This document shows, one piece after another, positions 1 to 14,200 of a stretch of DNA of 64,000 nt. Numbering within the stretch: the stretch's first letter is position 1; each line of letters opens with the position of its first letter. The translations under genes and the position numbers were made by a program. Where the stretch lies: positions 4,154,001-4,218,000 of the forward strand of contig OX597823.1 in NCBI GenBank assembly GCA_951406725.2. Direction: 5' to 3'. The notes beneath the pieces were generated by a model. That model saw only the letters and a program-made list of their open reading frames with translations. It ran no database searches and had not been told where the DNA came from. This DNA comes from Octopus vulgaris. Its lineage: Eukaryota.

Positions 1-734
1 ACTCAAGACCTCTTCCTTTTCATTGTTCTGTGTGTCAATGAAACTAATTCTCATCACAAAGACTGGAAATGTTAGCTGCAAAAAGGGAATTTAGATAAGC
101 AATTTTGGCATTGTGTTGCTCAACCGACTGCTTCCATGCTTGAATGTTGCCTGATCCTAGTATGATTATCAATGCCGTTTTAACAGATTGTTGGAATTAA
201 AGTTTCTTCAAACTAATTTTAAATGATTTATAATGAAGGACCATTTATTAATATCTCTTTTTATTTTATATTTTTTTATTTATTTGTTTGTTCCAAATTT
301 ATTGCATTTTGAACTTTAACTCCACAAATTTTGATGAAAACCATTTTTATATAAGAATTTTTGATTTATAAACTTTTTCATTTGAGAATTTTCTGGTAAC
401 ATCATATATTTGTGTGTATACATGCGTGTGTGTGTGTGTGTGTGTCAGTGCTGACATGACATGAGCTCACAAATACGAAATCTATATGAACCCCAACACA
501 CACATATCCTGCCAGCAGCAGTCAGTGGGAGCCACTTAAGGGTCAGGCTAGATAAAGACAATAGCAGAACAGCACTTCATTGATTTAACCCTTTTGTTAC
601 CATATTTCTGTTAAAATACATTTCAATTAATTTTGAAAGTAATTAAATATTTAGTAAAATAACTTTGACACCTTCAATTAAAAATAATTTGAAAGAAGCT
701 CTTCACGTATGTAGGTGTTTGTGTAGATAAGTAT

Positions 735-1110
735 GTGTACGTGTGGTAAGTAAGTTGCTTATGAACCACATGGTTCCAGGTTCAGTCCCACTGCATGGCA
801 CCTTGGGCAAGTGTCTTCTACTATAGCCTCGGGCCGACCAAAGCCTTGTGAGTGGATTTGGTTGACAGAAACTGAAAGAAGCCCGTTGTACATATGTATA
901 TGTGTGTGAGTGTGTGTGTGTGTCTGTGTTTGTCCCCTCAACATCGCTTGACAACTGATCCTGGTGTGTTTGCGTCCCTGTAACTTAGCAGTTCGGCAAA
1001 AGAGACCGATAAAATAGGTACTAGCCTTACAAAGAATAAGTCCTGGGGTCGATTTTCTCGACTAAAGGCAGTGCTCCAGCATGGCCACAGTCAAATGACT
1101 GAAACAAGTA
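735..1110 (+). mobile_element. tRNA-derived SINE, family A (internal TG/TA microsatellite)
   Basis: B-box-like GGTTCAGTCC, body 'gcaccttgggcaagtgtcttctactatagc', tail 'ggccacagtcaaatgactgaaacaag'; many copies in the window. Confidence 0.85.
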
Positions 1111-1365
1111 CACACACACACATTTGTACATAGAAGTATTTTCCTGTTCTTTTTCTGTCTTGCAAGTTTACATGGCAACCTCATTAGGGGCATGGAAAAA
1201 AAAGACACTTGTTACACTCTATAAAGTGATTGGTGTTTGTAAGGACATGAAACTATAGAAACCATACGAAATCCGGGAATGGAGCTTGATGTGGCCTTGA
1301 TGTGTTTGCCAGATCATGGCAAACAGTCCAGACCGTGCCAGCATGGAATACAGCCATAAAGTGAT

Positions 1366-1525
1366 GTGATGTGTGTGTGTGTGTGTATGTATGTATGTGT
1401 GTGTGTGTGTGTATGTATGTGTGTGTGTGTGTATGTATGTGTGTATGTATGTATGTGTGTATGTATGTATGTGTGTGTATATCTATGTGTGTGTGTATAT
1501 CTATATGTCTGTGTATATATCTATA

Positions 1526-1558
<33 letters not shown>

Positions 1559-1630
1559 GTATGTATATCTATGTGTGTGTGTGTGTGTGTGTGTATGTAT
1601 ATCTATGTGTGTGTGTATGTATGTATATAG
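1366..1630. repeat. Compound (TG)n/(TATG)n microsatellite
   Basis: Seen directly; explains the VCVC ORFs. Confidence 0.97.
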
Positions 1631-1827
1631 AGATGGAGGATATTAGGGTTTTTTTGCAGGGTGGGGGTTAATAAAAAATGGGCCAAATTCAATCGATTCT
1701 GTCACCGGTCTTGTTGTTGTTGTTATATCTTTTACGTGTTTTAGTAAATTTGGCATTTCTTCTTTTTCTTTTTTTTCTAAATGATCTTTAGGTCTTTGTT
1801 AATTTTGTGTTTAAAATTGTATTACAG

Positions 1828-1935
1828 CAGGGTCTCCTTAGTGATATGGGATCACGAGAAGCCCAATTCAATGTTGTACAAGACAAAGGAGAATCTCTTG
1901 TGCGGAATCGGCACCCAGCTGCAAAAACCATTGAG
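1828..1935 (+). CDS. Plakin-domain exon (QGLLSDMGSREAQFNVVQDKGESLVRNRHPAAKTIE)
   Basis: ttacag|CAG acceptor (NAGNAG, alternative start 1831), GAG|gtaaat donor, 108 nt, phase 0/0. Confidence 0.92.
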
Positions 1936-3152
1936 GTAAATTAGTTGTCAAACTCTTGCATGCATGAATAGGTCTTCCTGTATACTTTCCACTTTCATGT
2001 AAATTAATCCTCCTGGCCTCACATAACTTGACTTTGGTGAGCTAGAGTTCTTAGAAGGTACTGCTCCAGTATGGCCTTCATTATGGTGATTAGAATAAAC
2101 TAATGAATTAACAGGTTACACTTGATAGACACAGGCATAGGATTTATGATTAAGAAATCAATCTCTGCTGGCCCCTGACCTGTGCATGCTACTACCCACA
2201 TGCCTTGTTTCACTCTATTATTGCTATCTGCTAGCCCCTGATCTGCGTGTTCCACCCACATGTAACAAGAAAATTCTTCCCCTCACCCTACCCCAATAAA
2301 CCAATCTACATCTCATTCTCACATTTCCTCCTTCATACACTATGCCTAGCTCTCACTTCCCAATCCTGTCTTCACACCCCTGTTCCTCTGTATCATTGCT
2401 ATCCAGTAGCCCCTCCAACTCTATATATACCCAGGTCTTTCACCACTTACTCGCACTCTTTAATCACACTCCCTTCACTTATACTATGGTATTTGATCCT
2501 CAAGGGTTCTCTCTCTTCCTTTATTCAACCTTCTCATTTATACTCTGATCCCCATTATGTGTGAGTATGCCTGGCATTTTGCTGCCGTCTCCATCTTGCA
2601 GTCTCTCTCTCTCTCTCGGGCAACCGTGTATTTTCTTCGTGGTAGCACACCTGTTTTCTGTCTTCATTCCTGATCTTTCTCTTTCCAGCTGGGTAATCTT
2701 GAACTTCCTGTACAGCAAGACACCTGTATCTGTCTCACTAGAACCTTTCCATCATCACCTCCATTTTTTTTGTGTCTTGCAAGTACTTGGTGACCCTGTG
2801 AGTGTAGGTACCACTGTAGGTCCACACTGTAAAGTGGTTGGTGTTAGGAAGGGCATCAAGCTGTCAAAACCTTGCCAAAACTTACCTCCTCTGTGCTTGT
2901 GCCATGTAAAAAGCACTAAGTCCCATCTGCTGAGTGGTTGAAGGGCATCCAGCTGTAAAAATCCTGCCAAAACAGTCACAGAAGTCTGGTACAAGCTTCT
3001 GCCTGGCCAGCTCTTGTGGTACTGTTCCACCCATGCTAGCATGGAACACGGATGTTAAATGATGATGAAAATTGCTTCCAAACCATTCAGTCTTTGGTAT
3101 GTCTTCTAATCTGGCTGCTGAGGGGATTTGGTCGGGGGAAAGTAGTAGAAGA

Positions 3153-3223
<71 letters not shown>

Positions 3224-6112
3224 ATCCAAACAAGAAAATACAAAACGTTTCGAGCGGAGCTCTTCGTTGGAAACATAGGAGAAGGGAAGACAGAGGAAAA
3301 TAATCGCCAACGGTACACACGAGGTCACATTTTGATATATATATATATCTCACACACACACACACACACACAGTCAAAGCAGATCAACTATTGACTACCT
3401 TTCAGAATCATATTGTGATTAATTGTATCAGAAATTATAATATGATCAGATTGTGTCCATTTCTAGTTTCGTAGCTTGCAGAGAACATAATGTGTCATTC
3501 TAGAGTAGAGTGAAGAAAATGCTTTTTTCTTTTTCTAAATAAATTTGAACCATTAGACATCTTCAAACTAAGAAATATCAACAAAATTCAGGCAAATTTC
3601 TGTAGGGTTTTCTGGAATTTTCTTTTCATTCAGTTATTGCCAAGCTGGCTGAATTGGTAGAGTGATAGACAAAGTGGATTGCAGTATTTGTTTCTGCTCT
3701 TTATATTTCTGAGTTCAAATCCTGCCAAGGTCAACTTTGACTTTAATCTTTCCAGAGTCAATAAAATAGTATACCAGTTTCACACTGGGGTCAATGTAAT
3801 CACCAAATCCCCTCCCTCAAAATTTCAGGCCTTATGCCTATAATAGAAAGGTTTATTATTATTATTATTATTATTATCATTGTTGTTGTTGTTGTTTGAT
3901 GCTAAACTTCTCTCTTTGTTTTCCTTACAAAGTCCTCCATGACCTCATTACACACATACTGGAGTTGGTTGATCCAACTAACATCTTGCCAGCAAGCTTT
4001 GATTGACAGCACAGACCAATATCAAAAGGTAAGGTGTTTCTTCTCAAACCTTGCTCTCCATGTATCAAACCCTCTTTTCTTTTTTTTAACTATATTTCTG
4101 TTGAAATACCATGCTTTTGCTTTAATTAATTTTGAAAATGATGAAAAAATTTAGTAAAATAATTTTGTCATTATTAAGCTGGTGTTTAGAACATAAATTA
4201 ACCTGAAAATTTGATGCAAGGTTTTGATTTAGATCACTTTAAAGCATGGAGAATACATCGTGAAACTGAGGGCAGCTTCAGGAAGGTTGATAGCAGAAAG
4301 GTTAAGGAAAGTGTGCAGGATTGCTTATACAGATGTGTGAGCCCATAGCCCAGTAAAAATTCCCATGAAATTGGAAAATGGTATGATTGTTTATTTTGAA
4401 GAGACAGCATTTAGTGTGGGTCAACCCTGATGTGGGAAATCTATTAGGCATTCCAGTTGTGACCACTCCATCTTTTACCCAGCTATAGTCTATCTAGGAC
4501 CACATTGCCTAATGCGACTCTTTTTTTTTATGATGGGGATATAATTTCAGTTAGATGTAGCTGGTATTTCTAGCAGAACAAATATTCGCACAAAGGATTC
4601 CTTTACTGTCAAGAAGGGTTGTGATATGTATCATTAAGGGTTACACACACATTAAGGAATTTTATTTGTTTTATTAACCCTTATACTTTCCCCAGTAACG
4701 GTTGCTATGAGATTAATGTATACATCCAACCCTCCAATAAAAGTCTCTGAAATAATTGATATTTTTCAGATGCCATATTTTTTTCTTTGTTGTGAATTGT
4801 ACCAGCATCCGCCTTCACACATCACTATTCTAATATCCTTGAATTCTCTTGATGATATCTAATTTATCAAGATATTGATGATGATGATGGAAAGAAAATT
4901 GAAGTAACAATTGATGGCCTGCGTCATCATCATCATCTTTTAACATTTGTGTCCCATGTTGACAGGAGTTGGACAGTTTGACAGTACCTGATGCGTTTGA
5001 GGGCTGCATCAAGCACCAATGTCTTCTTTGACATGGTTTCTATGGCTAAAGCCAGCCATTTCAAAGAGTGTACCAGATGTTTTTTTTTTTTTTCAATGAC
5101 ACCAGCACCAGTGAAAACCACATCGTAACTTGTAAGATTAAGGCCCCCCCCCCCAACTCCAAAGGTGTTGGGATACAGGTGAGAGGGAGGTAGTTTTATG
5201 CTAGGAGATGAAGGTTTGAAATATGAAACGAGGGACCAGACCAGGTTTCTTATACCAGCAAACAGACAAAAAATTCTTAAAGTTACTAAACTTTATGAAC
5301 TAAATTAGTTTACTATGAGGAGAGGTAAATTCTGTTCACAAATTCTTGAATTGATAACAGGTACAGCCATTAGAATGTGCTATTCACTTCAGTTTTCTCA
5401 AATAGAATAAATACCACTCCTAAACCAGCCATTAAATTGTATATATGTTTTGGAGAAATTAAAAGAATATTTACTCATACATGTACGACAGGCACCCTTG
5501 CCAACCCCCTTTGCTTGTGAAGACATGTTGGGGCAAGCGAAATCGAAATCGAATTGAACCAGCCAGGATCCCTGGTCGTGGCCGTTGCCAGCCCCACCTG
5601 GCACCTGTGCAGGTGGCACGTAAAAAGCACCCACTACACTCACGGAGTGGTTGGCGTTAGGAAGGGCATCCAGCTGTAGAAACATTGCCAAATTTAGACT
5701 GGAGCCTGGTGCAGCCTTCTGGCTTCCCAGAACCCCGGTCGAACCGTCCAACCCATGCTAGCATGGAAAACGGACGTTAAACGACGACGACGACATGTAG
5801 AAAGAATAACTGACTTTTTTTTTTTAAACTGTTAAACCTTCTTTGTTGAAAATCTCCTTTTACAGTTTGAAGATTTTGATATTTCTGTAAGTCTTGTCAT
5901 TAAATACTTTTCTTCTTTTCAGTTTTATAATGAAGCTGAAGATTGTAGAAACTGGATATCTCAGCAGACATCTTTACTGAACAGTCGTTTTCCTCAAGAC
6001 AATCTTGGTGTGGAACCAACAGAACAATTCCTTAAAGATCTCCAGGTTCTTGATTGTTTATTTTGTAAAATTTTGATAAACGTATTTGAGAAAATTTGTA
6101 GCTTCATGTGGT

Positions 6113-6152
<40 letters not shown>

Positions 6153-7166
6153 TACACACACCAGGAACATGTGGTTGAGAAGCAAATTTAACAACACAGC
6201 CATGCCTGCACTTGGTGTCTTCTGTTATAACCTCAGCATGATCCAATCCTCGTTAGTAAAACCTGTTCTGTTCTGGCTTTGGTTCGACAGTTCGACAGGT
6301 GCCAATGGGCCTGAGTTCCACTGACCCCTTTTATATGGTTTCTTTGACTGGATACTGTTCCTGATGCCATCTGCCTTACAACATGTACCAGATGCTTTTT
6401 TAATTCCACTGCAGCTTGCAAGACTATGAACCCCTAATAACAGCTAGTAGAAACACTTCTTGCTCTTTTGCTAGCTTAAAGCTGGAGGACCTGAGACTAA
6501 AAGTTATATTAGAAGTTGAAAATTCCCTTTCATGTATAAAAGTTTGAATTTCATTTTAACATTGCCAAACATCGAATGGATGTGTGAACACAGTTTGTAT
6601 ATATTTAAGTTTTGTTTTTCTTCTTTACTCCACACCAGGAAATGCACAAAATGCTTGACAGCTGTGAACAAAAAGTTGATTCCCTCCTTGAAGACAGTCA
6701 TCATATCATCCCACTCAAATCTCGATGCCTAAAAAATCTGCATTCCAAAAAAGTGCGAGCACTCTGCAGCATTCAGCAACCAACGGTAAGTTTAAGCACT
6801 TAAGTAATCTTTAGATAAAGATCCGTTTCACTGCCAAAATGCTATCTTTTAGGTTGTGTGTTATACTTCTTTACTTCTTAAAAATATTCTTAGATATAAA
6901 AAAATGTATGGAAAACATTACTTAAAACACATATTTCAATTAAAAAATGAAAATATTTAAAAAAAATTATTTTCTGTTTTTCAGCATACAACTCAGAAAG
7001 GAGATGTCTGTGTCATACTTGACAGCAGTGATGTGACGAGGTGGAAGGTAAGAAAATCTTGTGAACATTAACATTGGAGCCTGGTACAGCCTTCTAGCTT
7101 GCCAGTCCTCAGTCAAATCATCCAACCCATGCCAGCATGGAAAGCGGATGTTAAAAGTTGACAACA

Positions 7167-7217
<51 letters not shown>

Positions 7218-8168
7218 ACACTTATGAACACAAGTAGATTAGTCTTCAATACATGTTACGGAGTTCATTTATTCATTTACTGGAAACAGAAGCATCACTC
7301 AGTCATCTCAACAAGTACCTCAGAGTATCGACTGTGAAATTTCAGTTGTTAATAAGTGAACCATGCACACACACATGCACACACTGGTGTGATTGTGTTG
7401 TAAAAAAGTTTGCTTTCCAACTGCTTGGTGGTGGGTTCAATCTCACTTCAAGGCACCTTGGGCAAGCATTTCCTTCTATAGGCCTTACACAACCAATGCC
7501 TTGTGAGTGGATTTGGTAGATAGAAACTGAAAGAAGCCTGTTTGTGTGTAGGTGTGAGAGAGTGTATGTTTGTGTTTCCTTATCTTGGCGTTGAATGGTA
7601 ATTGTAAATGAGTGTCACTGTCCTACAAGCAGTGTTGTTCATTTCCGGTGTTCTCTGAAAACATTTCTGGTCCCTTACCTAGAAACAAGTGAGGGTTGAC
7701 TACAGGGTGGGCATTTGCCTCATTAAACTCTGTCTGGCCCATTCAAGCATGAAACTGTGGATGTTAAAACAATGAAGATTATGATTATATTAACTTTTGA
7801 AACATAATGGATAAATTATAATTGGTTACTTTTAATTAAATGTTACAATTTTTTCCAATCAATGTATTTAATTAATTTCAATTTGTTTCTCTTTTGTATT
7901 CAAAACAGGTTCAGACAACCAAAGGAGTTGTTACTCTCCTCCCCTCCATATGTTTTATGCTGCCACCACCTGATGAAGAGGCCATTCTTTATGCAAGGAG
8001 GTTGGTGTTGTAATTAATTTAATTGTTAGGATTATTGTTGTCAAGCGCTTTTGACTAATTCACTTGTACTTGACTGATTCTCATTATCTGGTTCCACAAG
8101 CCAACTTAATATATTCCAGTTTATGAGCAGCAACATGAAATCAAGCGTGTCACATGCACACACGCATG

Positions 8169-8204
<36 letters not shown>

Positions 8205-11200
8205 CCTACCTATCCATGAAGAATAATTGCTACATCTTACTTAAATGTGTCTGTAGAAGACAACCAGAAACTTTTCTAATGAGTATTGCTGTAGAAAATC
8301 TAATAAATTTATTATCTACAGGAGCAATTTTTCTTTTTCTTTTTAATGGCTGTGTGGTTGAGAAGTTCACTTCCCGACCCTGTAGTTTTGAGTTCAGTCC
8401 CACTGCACAGCTTCATTGGTGGATTTGGTAGACAGAAATTGGATGAAGTTTGACATACATACATAGATAATTACTTCCCAACTTTGTAGTTGCAGGTTTA
8501 GTTACACCTCGGGGAAAGGATCTTCTACTTTAGCCCTAGGCTGATTAAAGCCTTGTGAGTGGATTAGAAGCTCTCGTGTGCATGTTTGTGCTTCCTGCAT
8601 CTTCACATTTCTTCAATTGCTGATTTATAAACAATGGGTTTGTTGATGGGATCATTTGCTCACAGTCGACTATGAAAACATGTCTGGGCTTCTACACAAT
8701 CTTTGTATACAAAAAGATTATTCATGTGTTGTTGTTGTTGTTTGTTTGTTTCCAGTTCTCTGAGTGGAGATAACTGAACTGTTTGTTTTCCACGGGGCCA
8801 GGAGCTTATTCCCTTGCTTGGAAATAAGTAGGAGCTGATGGTAGGAAGGGCTTCGGGTCATAGAAACCTCTGCCTGAACATTCTCTCATCAAGCATGGAA
8901 AAGTAGACGACGTTGTTACTGCTAATTAATTTTGTTTGTTTTTCAATTGTGAAAAAAAAAAGTACTTGACAGTAATTTGTTGGGTTTTTACAATGGCTAA
9001 TTGTGGTTTTCATTTTAATTATTTCAATTGTTTTACTTTTAGATTAAAAGATGATCTGCTTAATCTTCGCCAACTTTGGAAAGCATCAAACATCAAATTC
9101 AGGAAAAATATGGTACTGGCAACTATGCAAGCAGTTCAGAAATGGAACCAGAAAACCGTATGTATTTTCTGTTTAGAATATTGATTTCTTCCTATCTGTC
9201 CATGAATGTAAAATTACTGATTGGCTGAATCATTAATGTATTGATTAATGAGTCAGCTAATTTATTTTCTATCACCATCTCAAAGACATTTGTCCCAGTT
9301 TGGTAGACAGAAACTGAGTTTTGTCGTTATCCTTTCTTTTGCTGGTTCCAGTCAGATGGCCATAGATTTAATTCAAGACCACATCGTATATCCATCCACT
9401 CTGTATCCATACAGCTGTGCCTATCTATATAGGTTCACCACCTCTACCATTATAAAAATGTGTTCTTAGTCATTCATCTGCAAGAAGTACCAGCCAAATC
9501 TCCCTTAAATTACACCTAACCGTTTAAAAGAGGAAGGAGATATTAGATGATATAGCTAGCCCTGGCCATTTAAGCTTTTTTTTTTCTGGCAGAACTGGAA
9601 AACCATTGCAGCTCTCCTTGAATGGTCAAAGCTGACCTGGGGTTCAACACAACATATCTTGTTTACAGTATGGAACTAGTGAAAAAACATGCATTGTTTC
9701 AGCTTTGACACAGAATCAAGTTATTACATTTTGTAGCATAAACACATCATAAGCATTTGCAATTTACAGAATGGGCATCCATCTGTCCATTCGTCCACTT
9801 GGCCATCCGTTTGTCCTCCCAGCCTTTTTTTATCCAACCAGTCCTCCTCCTATCCATCCATCCATGCATTCACCCATCCTTCTATCCTTTCGTCCAACCA
9901 TCCTTCTGTCCATCCATCCATTCATTCATAAATGCATAGTTATTGAATAATCAAATATTCCGTATTCTGTCTTTGAGTGAAACATTTTGTACGTTTTTGT
10001 CTTTCAGTTCTCTGGTCTTGAACCGAGTCAAAGAGAAGCCATTTGGAAAGCTCTCAATGATGACATGAATATCTTATTGACGGAATCTTCACCCGGACGC
10101 CAAGATATTTCTGCACTGCAACAAGAAATGGCTCGATGCCAAGAGCATTACCAAAAATTGTCCACACAATCTACCAAAGCAGGTTAGATAATATCCTTTA
10201 TTCAGATTAAATAATTATTATTTTATCTTCTATTAAACAATCTCATACCTTATCCATTTGCTGCAAAAATTATTCCTTGGCAATTTTCAGTTTATTTAAG
10301 GGCTAAGAATAGGATTCTTCTACTTGATTTCAGTCATCGAACTGTGGCCATGCTGGGGCACGGCTATTAAGGGTTTAGTCGAAATCATCGACCCTTAGGA
10401 CATTATTTCTTAAAAGTCTGGTTCTTACTCTTTCAGTCTCTTTTTGTTAAACTGCCAAGTTTTAGGGATGTAAACAAACCAACACTGGTTGTCAAACAGT
10501 GGACAAGAAGGGGACACACATAAGGAAGTACATATAGTCACATGCACATCTATATATATGTAAAAGAGTAAAATCCCCTTCAGTAATGAATGACCATGGG
10601 ATTGCACCTAGAAAGTTACCCTCTGAGGTACAAGTCTGGGCAAGGTTGTTTATAGAAGACCAGCAGTCACCTATATATATATGTATATATATATATAGAT
10701 AGATGTGTGTGTGTGTGTGTGATAAGCTGCCGTGGTTTCCATCTATCAAATTTACTCAAAAGGCTTTGGTTGGCCTGGGGCTATAATAGAAGACATTTGC
10801 CCACAGTGGAACTTAACTCAAAGCCTGTAAAGTGCAGTGTTGTTTCATAATGGCACAAGAGAGGTTGATGTAAGGGTCTCTAACCCTCTCTCTCTTCTAG
10901 GACTGGTTTGTACCAGTTTGAGATGTTAAAGGCTCTTAGACAAGTCGTCTTCTCTATGGCTTTAGGAGTCATGTCTTCTTAATACTATATGAGACACGAT
11001 TTAAAAGTTTTCAAATATTGTTGTTTTTTTGTTATTTTTCTTCTAAACAGAATCAAAAGAAATGAAAACACCAAAACAAGTTTTAGTTCAACAACTGGAT
11101 AACTTCAGTCGAAACCTTGTCAACTGGGAACAGTGTGTGAAGGGTCAGCTTGATGAAGCCGTTCCTAAAGATGTGTCCTCACTACAAATGGTCTTGCAGA

Positions 11201-14200
11201 AACATCAGGTATCTTAGTTTTGTCTTTGTATTAAACTTTTAAAATCGGTTTGTTGTCATCGTTTTGGTATCAGCAAATATAATCACCGATATATTTTCTT
11301 ACATTAGAGGCACAAAGCCTCAAATTTGGGAGAAATGTATGTAGAATTGGTTATATTGACCCCAGTATTTGACTGGTACTACATTTTAACAACTTCCAAT
11401 AGGATGAAAGTCAGAGTTGACCTTCACAGAATTTGAACACGTCATGTAAAGAACCGTAACTAAATGCTGCATTTGTTTGATTCTCTTATGATTCTGCTAA
11501 TCCATTCGGCTATGAACCAGTGTAGAGACATCTGAGGAGTCACTCTACCTGCTAGAAATAGCAAACAAATATACCTCAAATGACAGCCCTTATTGTGTTG
11601 ATAAAAGGATGTTCCGAATAATGTAGTCCTTGGTTCCTTATTTCTGGAAGGAAAACGGGAAACTCATGGCTAGACTACCTTTTGAATCTGTCTTCTCAAT
11701 CAGAGAAAACCTGGAGCTAAAAACAACAAAATAAACACTTTATTTCACATAATTATGATATAATCACACATTTAATGTGGTGAATTATTTAGCCATGCAG
11801 AACCATCCTCCTTGGAAAAGAGATGGCACATCAGACATAAATTAATTGCTGCTGATGATGTTGAGATATTCAATCATGTCCAGTTTTACCAAAATATTTC
11901 AGCATATATATATACATATATATATATATGCTGACATTGACCCTTTAGCATTTAAACTAGCCATATCCGGCCCAAATATTCAACCTGTTTAATGTTCTGT
12001 CAGATCTAGCCTCTCACACCTACCCTACAATGTCGTTTCTAAAAATAAACAATGATATTGAAATCTTGAAGCTACAAGATAATGTGTGATTAATTTAAAA
12101 CAATATGAATAAAAATGCTTTGCATTTGACAGAGGAATCTGAATGCTAAAGGGTTAAAAACCAAATATCTTTCTAGTAATACAGAAAGGAAAGACCCAGC
12201 ACTTTGATATGTTCACAAGTAGAATTTATTTTGTTTTTAATCAGAATTATTGTAACTTGTAACTGCACACATCTCCAATCGTTTGGCAGCCACTCTCTAA
12301 ATGTTATATTATGACAGAATAAGTATAATTAAATATGAATTTCATGTCTGTATGTCCCCGTACTATATTTTCTCCCTCTACATCCCTCTTTCAGTTGAGG
12401 GGCTTCTTGTGAGTTACTTGATGACCTCACTTGTGCCGTTTCCACCTAAAAAGCACCCCATACACTCTGTAAAGTGGTTGGCATTACGAAGGGTATTTAG
12501 CCATAGAAACCATGCCAAAGCACTCATTGGAGTCTGCTGTAATCCTCTGGTTCATCAATTCCTGTCAAACAATCTAACCTATACCAACATAGAAAATGGA
12601 CATGAAATGATGACAACAATGACGATTTTTCTCTCTCTGATTCTTCCTCTCTTTCTCTTTCCCTCTCTCTCTCTCTCTTTCTCTCATGTCTCTGTTTTCT
12701 CTTCCCTCTTCCTTTCAATTCTCCTCAATTTTTTCTTCTTCTTATTTTCCAATATGACACAGGAACTTGACAGTACTTTCAAGAAATATGAAAAAGAATT
12801 GGAAGACATTAAGAAATCTGCCAAATCCCAGCACTGGGCAGCGCCAGTTGGCACAAAACTCAACTTAATCGTCCAGAAATGGAATTCTTTAATATCACTT
12901 TCACAGATTTATATGGAGAGGTAAATTATTGAGAATCTTTAAACATCATTCCCCTACTTTTTTTTATGTTTTTGTTTTTTACTTTCATCTTTCTTAAGAT
13001 TGTCTGTGATAACTTTGTGGCGTTGGTACCATATTCAAAATTATAGAATCCATGCTGTTACCAAGTGTGGAGGGCCACATGCCTTGGTTAGGATGTTGGA
13101 CTTGTGATTGTAAGATAGTGTTTTCAATTCCTGGACTGGGTAATGTGTTGTGTTCTTGAGCAAAACACTTCATTTCATATTAGTCCAGTCCACTCAGCTG
13201 GCAAAAATGAGTAATCCTGCGACGGACAGGCGTCCCATCCAGGTGGGGAATATATACGCAACAGAGACTAGGAAACCAGTCCTATGAGTCTGTTTGACTC
13301 AAGAAGGATCCTTATCCTTTATGCCGTTATCAGTGCCTCATAGATTCTGTATCTAGATTGAAGGTATTGCAAATTATATTTAGATTTTATATCACATAGC
13401 AATTCCTCGGGATGTTTGGTGTTGGGAAGGAAAACAAATAAACGGTCTTTATTCTGACAAGTATGGTAACTACAAGAATATAATGAATTCTTCTGTTGAT
13501 TAAACAAATGGATCACTCATCTGTCAAAATCAATTATTTATTCATTGAATTATAATCTACGTACTCCACAGACACTGGTACTCTTATTGTAATACAGCAT
13601 GGATGGGTGGCAGCACGTTTTGGTTTTTGCAGAGTCTCTCAAAATGGTAATGTTTGATGTAGTTCAAGTTTAATTTCTGTAAGAAAAAAAATGAGGACAG
13701 GAAAGAGACTCCAAAAGAATTGCAGATGACTTTAAAGTTGGGAATTTTTATCAGAAAACCTTGGTTGATTTCAGATGGGTTTTGGTATCAAAAGGGTTAA
13801 ACCACATCTTGCCAACAATGAGTGCTGCAGTCTGAGATTTATGGTGATTAAATAGAAATGACTGGATGGTCATGGTTGGGATGCCTTTGAATATTGGTCT
13901 GCTTAACTCTTTTATTACCAAATTTCTGCTGAGATCCACTACAATTGTTTCAATTAATCTTGACAGTAATGAAGAATTTACTAAAATAACTTTGTCATCA
14001 TCTAATGTTTGGAACATAAATTAACACAAAATTTTGATGGAAGGTTTTAATTTGGATCACTTTACAAGAGGCGACTGGTATCATGGGACTTGCTGATGGG
14101 ATCAGGCAGGTTGGGATCAAAAGGGTAAAATAATGAACTGACAAAGCTAATGTTTTCTCTCATTCACTCCTATTACACTTGGTAATGTGCTTTGATGGCT

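Noticed and set aside
735-830. tRNA-like A/B-box sequences
   Set aside because: These are SINE heads; no complete cloverleaf or acceptor stem, and they continue into SINE bodies.
1366-1671. Cys/Val/Tyr-rich ORFs, and similar YIYI or HTHT ORFs elsewhere
   Set aside because: Translations of (TG)n, (TA)n and (CA)n microsatellites.
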